Shown here: piece by piece, positions 35,933-43,117 of the stretch
Layout: each line of letters begins with the position of its first letter
Position numbering within the stretch: the first letter of the stretch is position 1
Source: Dimorphilus gyrociliatus
Taxonomy: Eukaryota > Animalia > Annelida
DNA length: 43,117 bases
Assembly: GCA_904063045.1 (NCBI GenBank)
Contig: CAJFCJ010000167.1
Span: 10,854-53,970, forward strand
Reading direction: 5' to 3'
The notes under the pieces: generated by a model
Told to the model about the DNA's origin: nothing
Seen by the model: the letters and a program-made list of their open reading frames with translations, nothing else
Databases searched by the model: none
Position numbers and translations under genes: made by a program

Positions 35933-35971
35933 TAAATATACAAATATAATAATAATAATAATAATAATAAT

Positions 35972-36291
35972 ATGTTTATAATGTTATTCTATTTAGTAAA
36001 AAATGATAATTTTATAGTAAAAATATATAATAAGAATTATAAAATATCATATTTAGGTACAAACTATTTAGAATTGAAAGATAATAAAATTAAAGAAAAA
36101 ACAGTTTTTAAATATAAAAATAAAATAAATATAAATATAAAGATGAATATAATAATGTTATAATAAATGAAGAAATATTTAGGTTAGGTTTAACAAATGA
36201 TACATGGATTGTTATATTTTGTATTATTTTTACTTGTTTTAATGTAAATGTAATGTTTTATGTTCTAAATTATATTTTTAATAAGAAATAA
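35972..36291 (+). CDS. Small membrane protein (signal peptide plus C-terminal TM), one frameshift near 36130
   Basis: MFIMLFYLVK... continues in another frame as KDEYNNVIINEEIFRLGLTNDTWIVIFCIIFTCFNVNVMFYVLNYIFNKK*. Confidence 0.5.
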
Positions 36292-37390
36292 AAGTTCTTT
36301 TCTAAATGTTATATAAAATTACTTACAATCACGTGCTTAATAACTTTTAAATATAAATTTTAATAAATAAATAAATTCTTTTCTAAATGTTATATAAAAT
36401 TACTTACAATCACGTGTTTAATAACTTTTAAATATAAATTTTAATAAATAAATAAATTCTTTTCTAAATGTTATATAAAATTACTTACAATCACGTGTTT
36501 AATAACTTTTAATTATATTTTTTATAATTTTTAATAAGAAATAAAAGTTCTTTTCTAAATGTTATATAAAATTACTTACAATCACGTGTTTAATAACTTT
36601 TAAATCTAATTTTTATTTTTTATAAGAAATAAAAGTTCTTTTCTAAATGTTATATAAAATTACTTACAATCACGTGTTTAATAACTTTTAAATCTAATTT
36701 TTAATAAATAAATAAATTCTTTTCTAAATGTTATATAAAATTACTTACAATCACGTGTTTAATAACTTTTAAATATAAATTTTATTTTTTATAAGAAATA
36801 AAAGTTCTTTTCTAAATGTTATATAAAATTACTTACAATCACGTGTTTAATAACTTTTAAATCTAATTTTTAATAAATAAATAAATTCTTTTCTAAATGT
36901 TATATAAAATTACTTACAATCACGTGTTTAATAACTTTTAAATCTAATTTTTAATAAATAAATAAATTCTTTTCTAAATGTTATATAAAATTAACTACAA
37001 TCACGTGTTTAATAACTTTTAAATATAAATTTTTATTCTAAATTATATTTTTAATAAGAAATAAAAGTTCTTTTCTAAATGTTATATAAAATTACTTACA
37101 ATCACGTGTTTAATAACTTTTAAATATAAATTATATTTTTAATAAGAAATAAAAGTTCTTTTCTAAATGTTATATAAAATTACTTACAATCACGTGTTTA
37201 ATAACTTTTAAATCTAATTTTTAATAAGAAATAAATTAGTTTCTAAATGTTATATAAAATTACTTACAATCACGTGTTTAATAACTTTTAAATATAAATT
37301 TTAATAAATAAATAAATTCTTTTCTAAATGTTATATAAAATTAATTACAATCACGTGTTTAATAACTTTTAAATCTAATTTTTATTTTTT
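36292..37390 (+). repeat. Satellite: 13 copies of a conserved core of about 52 bp with ATCACGTG, period 80-101 bp
   Basis: CACGTG at 36330, 36411, 36492, 36583, 36671, 36752, 36840, 36921, 37002, 37103, 37191, 37271 and 37352. Core TTCTAAATGTTATATAAAATTACTTACAATCACGTGTTTAATAACTTTTAA. Confidence 0.97.
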
Positions 37391-37802
37391 ATAAGATTAA
37401 GTAAATTGAGAAAACTTTAATTAACAGAATAATTGATAGAAATAGTATTTATAAAATGTATATAATAAAATAAGAATAATTAGAGATTTATATTTATTAT
37501 ATTATAAAAGCTAGATTTCTACAACTAATCAAGTATTTAAATTAGATGTAAAATAGTGTTTTTTTATTACAGATTATATAAATTTATATGCTATTATATT
37601 AATACAATTTTATACAATATTTAATTTTAAAATTATATCGTATTTGATATTTTTTATATTAAAATCTTTTATTCAACTAAATTGTTCTTTTTAATATTTA
37701 TTTAAAAATAGTATATTCTAGTAATACAGTCTAGAAGTGTTCAATTATTAAAAATTTAGATCAAATTTAAAAATATGTTCTATAAAATAAATTTTTAGCC
37801 CT

Positions 37803-37955
37803 TATCCTAAATTCCTATGTATTATACATTTAAAAAAAGTCTTTGAAAGAAAAGACAGAGAAATTTAACAAATATTATTCCTCGAATGTATACAGTAACA
37901 CCTAATGATAAAGAAAGATTCTATCTAAGAATAATATTATTACATATAAAAGATA
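37803..37955 (+). pseudogene. Helitron Rep/helicase coding fragment
   Basis: Translates YPKFLCYYTFKKSL*KKRQRNLTNIIPRMYTVTPNDKERFYLRIILLHIKD, matching the conserved Helitron motif RMYxVxP...ERFYLRxLLLHVKG. Confidence 0.75.
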
Positions 37956-38029
37956 TTAAATAAATAAATTATTCTAGTGATTTATTGTATACTGAAAGTG
38001 AGTGTTATAAATACAATATAAATGAATAT

Positions 38030-38582
38030 ATAATAATATATTTAATATAAATGAATATATAATTAATACAATAATACATAATTAAATACATATTGTTATG
38101 TATTTAATACAAAAATATATTATTAATACAACAATATATAAAAAAACAATATATAATTAAATACAACAATATGTATTTAATATAAATGAATATACAATAA
38201 TATGTATTTAATATAAATAAATATATAATTAAATACAAAAATATATAATAATATATAAACAATATATAATTAAATACAACAATATGTATTTAATACAATA
38301 ATATATAAAAAAACAATATATAATTAAATACAACAATATGTATTTAATATAAATGAATATATAAAAATATATAATTAATACAAAAATATATAAAAACAAA
38401 TACAATAATATATAAAAAAACAATATATAATTAATACAATAATATATAATTAATACAATAATATGTATTTAATATAAATGAATATACAATAATATGTATT
38501 TAATATAAATAAATATATAATTAAATACAAAAATATACAATAATATATAATTAATACAACAATATATAAAAATATATAATTA
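38030..38582. repeat. Modular AT-rich low-complexity repeat
   Basis: Shuffled units such as AATATAAATGAATATA and ATATGTATTTAAT, with a direct repeat of about 70 bp near 38170 and 38460. Confidence 0.85.
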
Positions 38583-38609
38583 ATAGAATCACTTTACTAA
38601 AAAATAGTA

Positions 38610-39683
38610 TCACTTGCTTTTTCTTACATTATTATCATAACTCAAACTCTTCAAAGGTTTCTTTACAATACTTTTTCTACACTCTCTAATAAAACTTATT
38701 ATTTCATTTTTAAACTCAAAAGTACTGCTTTTCTTACTCTTTACTAAAACATTATCAATTATTTCACCACTTGAATACTTTTTTAATACAAATTTTAATT
38801 CTTCTAATTCTGTATTAAAAATACTATTTTGTATTTTATTTATTTCTATTCTTGAATAACAATCTGTTATTCTATTAACTTTATTAATAAAATACTTCTT
38901 ATGTAGTCTTAACAGTAAAAAGTATGTTTTATCTTTAAAATATATATTTTTATTTTTTTCTAATACGTTAAAAAAGTTGTAATCAAATTCTTTCGTATTG
39001 AAAGAGTCTGAAACCAAAAGATTGTATACTTCTTTGTATGGTTGTAATCCTTTAAAATTGAAGTAAATCAAATTTTGTGGCTTTGAGAAAACTAGAGACA
39101 TGAAAAGCCAAACTCTATTTTTTAGGGTGTTTTTTAAATACGATGCTGTTTTTATAGAAGAGTGAGACTCATTATATTTAAAATTGTATAGAAATACTCT
39201 TGTTTTCAACTGTAAATAGAAACATTTAACGTTGTTTAGGTCTTGTTTTAAGTCTTTTTGTAGACTGTTGTTGAATACGTACGACTTAACTGCATTGTTT
39301 TCCTTCTTATTTCTTATTCGATATTCTATTTTATCACTATTAGCTACTCTACTTATATTACTATCTATAAAACTATCTACATCTTCGTCTAGATAAGCTA
39401 TACATTCTTTTACTATACCTTTTTCTAATAACTTTTTTACAATACAACATTTTATAACAATTCTACTATCTGTTCTAAATTGACAGTGAGTCATTAACAG
39501 TTTACTTAGGATGTCTAAATCATCAACTTTTCTTAGAGTGAAGTAGTTGAGTAGGTTGTGGGGAGCGTTACTTCCATCAAAACAGTAACCTAGGAAGTCC
39601 TTTGTGTTGTAAGCTGATATATGTTTGTTGATGAGGGAGGAAGGAAATATTGTTTGTAGTTTTTTGAGGTGATTGTTTTGCAT
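38610..39683 (-). CDS. Hypothetical protein (357 aa)
   Basis: Clean ORF with normal composition and CCC directly before the ATG. No family recognised. Confidence 0.8.
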   Translation of the reverse strand: MQNNHLKKLQTIFPSSLINKHISAYNTKDFLGYCFDGSNAPHNLLNYFTLRKVDDLDILSKLLMTHCQFRTDSRIVIKCCIVKKLLEKGIVKECIAYLDEDVDSFIDSNISRVANSDKIEYRIRNKKENNAVKSYVFNNSLQKDLKQDLNNVKCFYLQLKTRVFLYNFKYNESHSSIKTASYLKNTLKNRVWLFMSLVFSKPQNLIYFNFKGLQPYKEVYNLLVSDSFNTKEFDYNFFNVLEKNKNIYFKDKTYFLLLRLHKKYFINKVNRITDCYSRIEINKIQNSIFNTELEELKFVLKKYSSGEIIDNVLVKSKKSSTFEFKNEIISFIRECRKSIVKKPLKSLSYDNNVRKSK

Positions 39684-39751
39684 GGGTTAAAAAATATTTT
39701 TTTAATTAAAAATTTAATTTTTTTAAAAATACGAATTTTAAAATTTTTCTA

Positions 39752-40106
39752 TTTTTGAATTTTTATATATTTTTTATATAACCCTATGATCTCTATTAAA
39801 TTTTATAAATCTAATTATTATTTTTTTGAATTTTTATATATTTTTTATATAACCCTATGATCTCTATTAAATTTTATAAATCTAATTATTATTTTTTTAA
39901 ATTTTTATATATTTTTTATATAACCCTATAATCTCTATTAAATTTTATAAATCTAATTATTATTTTTTTGAATTTTTATATATTTTTTATATAACCCTAT
40001 GATCTCTATTAAATTTTATAAATCTAATTATTATTTTTTTAAATTTTTATATATTTTTTATATAACCCTATGATCTCTATTAAATTTTATAAATCTAATT
40101 ATTATT
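39752..40106 (+). repeat. 71-bp tandem repeat, 5 copies, containing CCC-T-ATG and the first codons of the downstream gene
   Basis: ACCCTAT at 39781, 39852, 39923, 39994 and 40065. Copy 3 has ATA instead of ATG. Confidence 0.97.
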
Positions 40107-41540
40107 TATTAATTGTTGTATTTAAAAAAGAAGTAGAAGTAAAAATTACACATGCTATTTTAATACAAGATTATAATAATAAGATACATATAGAATGTAT
40201 AGATACAACAGGAGAGCGAGTAGAAGAGAGTACAATAGATGAAAAGAATAGAGTAGATAGTATAGAAAATAAATATATAGATAGAAAAGATAATATAAAT
40301 AATAAAGAGAATACAGTAGATAGTATAATAGATAGAAAAGATAATAAATATATAGATAGAAAAGATAATATAAATATAGATAGAAAAGATAATATAAATA
40401 TAAATACAATAAATAATACAATAAATAGTATAGAAAATAAATATATAGAAAAAGATAATATAAATAATAAAGAGAATACAATAAATAATATAAATATAAA
40501 TACAATAAATAATACAATAAATAATAAAAAATAATACAATAAATAATACAATAAAGAATAAAAAATTATCATTTACTAAATCTTTAGTAAAAAATATAAT
40601 AACAATTTTAAATCCTATTTTTATTTCAATTTTTAGTTGTTCTAAAAATGAATTAATATTTAAAAATAGTAAATTTAATAAAAAAAAGAATATTTTAAAA
40701 AAAAATGAATTATTTAAATTTTGGTTAGAAATTTTAAATTTAATAAAAAAAATCAAATGTAGAAATTCTTGTACTAAAAATAAATATATATTAGGAAATT
40801 ATAATGATATTATTAAATTTCCATTTAAAGTAATAATTTTATATAAAAACGATATTTTTACAAAAATGAAAAAATACTTAAAAAATGAAAATTTAAAATT
40901 TTTTGTAGAAAATATTTTTTATAGAAGAGATTTTAACAGTGGAAGTTATTTATTTTTATATTGTAATTGTTATTTAGAATATGAAATAGAATATATAAAT
41001 AGTATAGAAATAAATTGTATAAAAGATTATATAAAAGATAATAATAATAATAAATATGATATAGATAATAATAATAAATATGATATAGATAAATGTATAA
41101 TTATGATAAATATATAAATTGTATAGATAATAGCTTTTTTAGTAGAAAGGTTATTTTGATGATACATTCAATACAAATACAAATAATAATACATTAAAAA
41201 ATAATATAAAAGATATAAATAATAATACAAATATAAATAATAATACAAATAATAATACAAATACAAATAATAATATAAATAATAATACAAATACATTAAA
41301 TAGTAATATAAAATATTTTAAATGATATTTTAAAAATAGAATATAAAAAAGTAGAAGAAATTGATAACATAAATAATATTTTATTTAAATTAAGAAATAA
41401 TAATTTTAGTAATTCAATAGAAAATATAAAAAATACTAAAAAAATATTTAATTTAAAAAAATTAAATTTTTATAAATTCAAATTAGAAGAAATACAAATA
41501 GAAAATAAAATAAATAAAAGAAGAAAAATAATTTAATTTA
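40070..41540 (+). CDS. RTT109: Probable Rtt109-like histone H3K56 acetyltransferase with low-complexity insertions and frameshifts
   Basis: IECIDTTG (cf. VSKADTNG), SIFSCSKNELIFKNSKFNKKKNILKKNELFKFWLEIL (cf. [36 protein letters not shown]) and NIFYRRDF. Frame changes near 40530 and 41110. The end is approximate. Confidence 0.55.
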
Positions 41541-41638
41541 ATTAAAAATATATATTATAATATATTATATTAAATATCATAATATATATATAAATAACTT
41601 ATTTTAAAAATATTATATTAAATATCATAATATATATA

Positions 41639-43107
41639 CAGTGAGGGACAAAAAAAATGGGACACCCTAAAAAATGAGTTTAAAAAAGGTATAGCTAAAA
41701 TGTAAAATAGTGATGTGGTCTTGTATTAATTAAATAAAAATTTTTATAATTCATTATTTTTAAGGTCATATTTTTGTTGGGATTTGATGGATTTTTTAAA
41801 AAACAGGGACAAAAAAAAATGGGACACTTACTAAAAAGTTACAAAATGAGCTAAAAATTTTTATAAAATACCTTAAAACTTATCCCTTATGGCAAAACAT
41901 ATTAGTAAAATAGAGATTGGTGAGGTTTTAGGATTAAGAAAAGCAAAGTATTCCATCAGAAAAATCTCGGAGATAATGCAAATAAGTAAATCTACTATTG
42001 GAAGAATTGTAAAAAAATCAAGGATAATGGAGATATATTTAGAAAAAAAGGTTCTGGTAGACGTCTATCGCTTGATAGTGACCAAATAGATGTTTTACAA
42101 AAAATATCAGAAGAAAATCCGAGACTAGTAGGAAATCAACTAGCAAGAAAGCTTGAGGAAAAAGCTAATATTCAAGTATCAAAAAAAACAGTTATACGAT
42201 GTTTAAAGAGTAGAGGAATACATGCTAGAATAGCACGGAGAAAGCCTTTCTTATCTCGTCTACATAGACTGCAAAGACTAAATTTTTCGAAAAAGATTTT
42301 ATTCAATAGTGATGATTTTTTTAGAAAAATAATTTATAGTGATGAAAGCAAATTTTGCTTATCCAATAGCAACAAAAGAGTTATAGTGTACAGAAAAATA
42401 AATTCTGAGTACCATGATGCAAATACAGTAAAGACTGTAAAATTTGGTGGAGGAGGTGTAATGGTGTGGGGCTATATTAGCTATGAAGTGTAGGTGAGTT
42501 AACTTTCATTGAAGGAACAATGAACTCCATGAAGTATATTAGTCTATTATCAAATATTTTTGAATTAGAAAGAACCAAACGCCTGATAAAGACCATATCT
42601 TTCAACAAGATAACGCTCCATGTCATAAATCAAAGTTAACAATGGAGTTTTTCACCGAAAAGAACATTAAATTATTAGAATGGCCAGCCCAGAGTCCGGA
42701 TTTGAACCCAATAGAACACGTATGGGGGTTTATAGAATCTAAGCTAGAAAAAATACACATAAAATCAATCAATCAATTAAAGGAGGAAATAACCCAAATA
42801 TGGTATAATATACCATTAGCATATATAAGAAAGCTTATAGATAGTATGCCAAGAAGAGCAGAAGCTGTATTTAACATGAAAGGAGGTCATACTAAGTATT
42901 AGATTGGATTTTTTAGTAAGTGTCCCATTTTTTTTGTCCCTGTTTTTTAAAAAATTCATCAAATCCCAACAAAAATATGACCTTAAAATAATGAATTATA
43001 AAAATTTTTTATTTAATTAATACAAGACCACATCACTATTTTACATTTTAGCTATACCTTTTTTAAACTCATTTTTTAGGGTGTCCCATTTTTTTTGTCC
43101 CTCACTG
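41639..43107 (+). mobile_element. Tc1-family IR/DR transposon, full length
   Basis: About 198-bp near-perfect TIRs (41639-41837 and 42910-43107), CAGTG...CACTG ends and TA target duplication. Each TIR has two GGGACAAAAAAAA(A)TGGGACAC direct repeats. Confidence 0.95.
41889..42902 (+). pseudogene. DD34E transposase with about 3 frameshifts
   Basis: CCC-TT-ATG, IIYSDESKF, VKFGGGGVMVWG, and QQDNAPCH...WPAQSPDLNPIE with 34 residues between D and E. Confidence 0.9.
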
Positions 43108-43117
43108 TATAAATATT

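Noticed and set aside
36292-37390. CRISPR array (conserved repeat with variable spacers)
   Set aside because: The spacers are reshuffled versions of the same few AT modules rather than unique sequences. There are no cas genes and the context is eukaryotic.
38229-40756. Y/I/F/L-rich ORFs (38229-38423, 40155-40517, 40160-40756, 40171-40572; also 29148-29360 and 35587-35844)
   Set aside because: Products of low-complexity or tandem DNA that lacks stops in some frames.

Overview
Very AT-rich, intron-poor eukaryotic DNA that reads like a large-genome microsporidian (inference). The basis is compact ubiquitin/phosphatase/acetyltransferase genes, a CCC-like motif just upstream of most ATGs, secreted LRR paralogues and Merlin/Tc1 transposons. 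Housekeeping genes: NatB catalytic subunit, PP2A-family catalytic subunit, RMND5/Gid2, dynein light chain, and a probable Rtt109. Most of these sit in ultra-AT-rich islands with tandem expansions at their edges. Secreted or lineage-specific genes (two LRR proteins, three other candidate secreted proteins) lie among many DNA transposons: one apparently intact Ginger-like integrase element with 325-bp TIRs, five Merlin elements, four Tc1 elements or remnants, and a Helitron fragment. There is a 911-nt assembly gap at 24210-25120. The most unusual structures are (1) a 13-copy ATCACGTG satellite whose last unit has an inverted single-copy partner 9.6 kb away, (2) a 5-copy 71-bp array that amplifies a CCC motif plus start codon and chains uORFs through ATGA overlaps, (3) an unannotated 59-aa MGxxxS protein, and (4) a possible 31-nt intron that would repair a Merlin frameshift. 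No tRNA, rRNA or CRISPR array could be supported. Several frameshifts fall in homopolymers and may be assembly errors.
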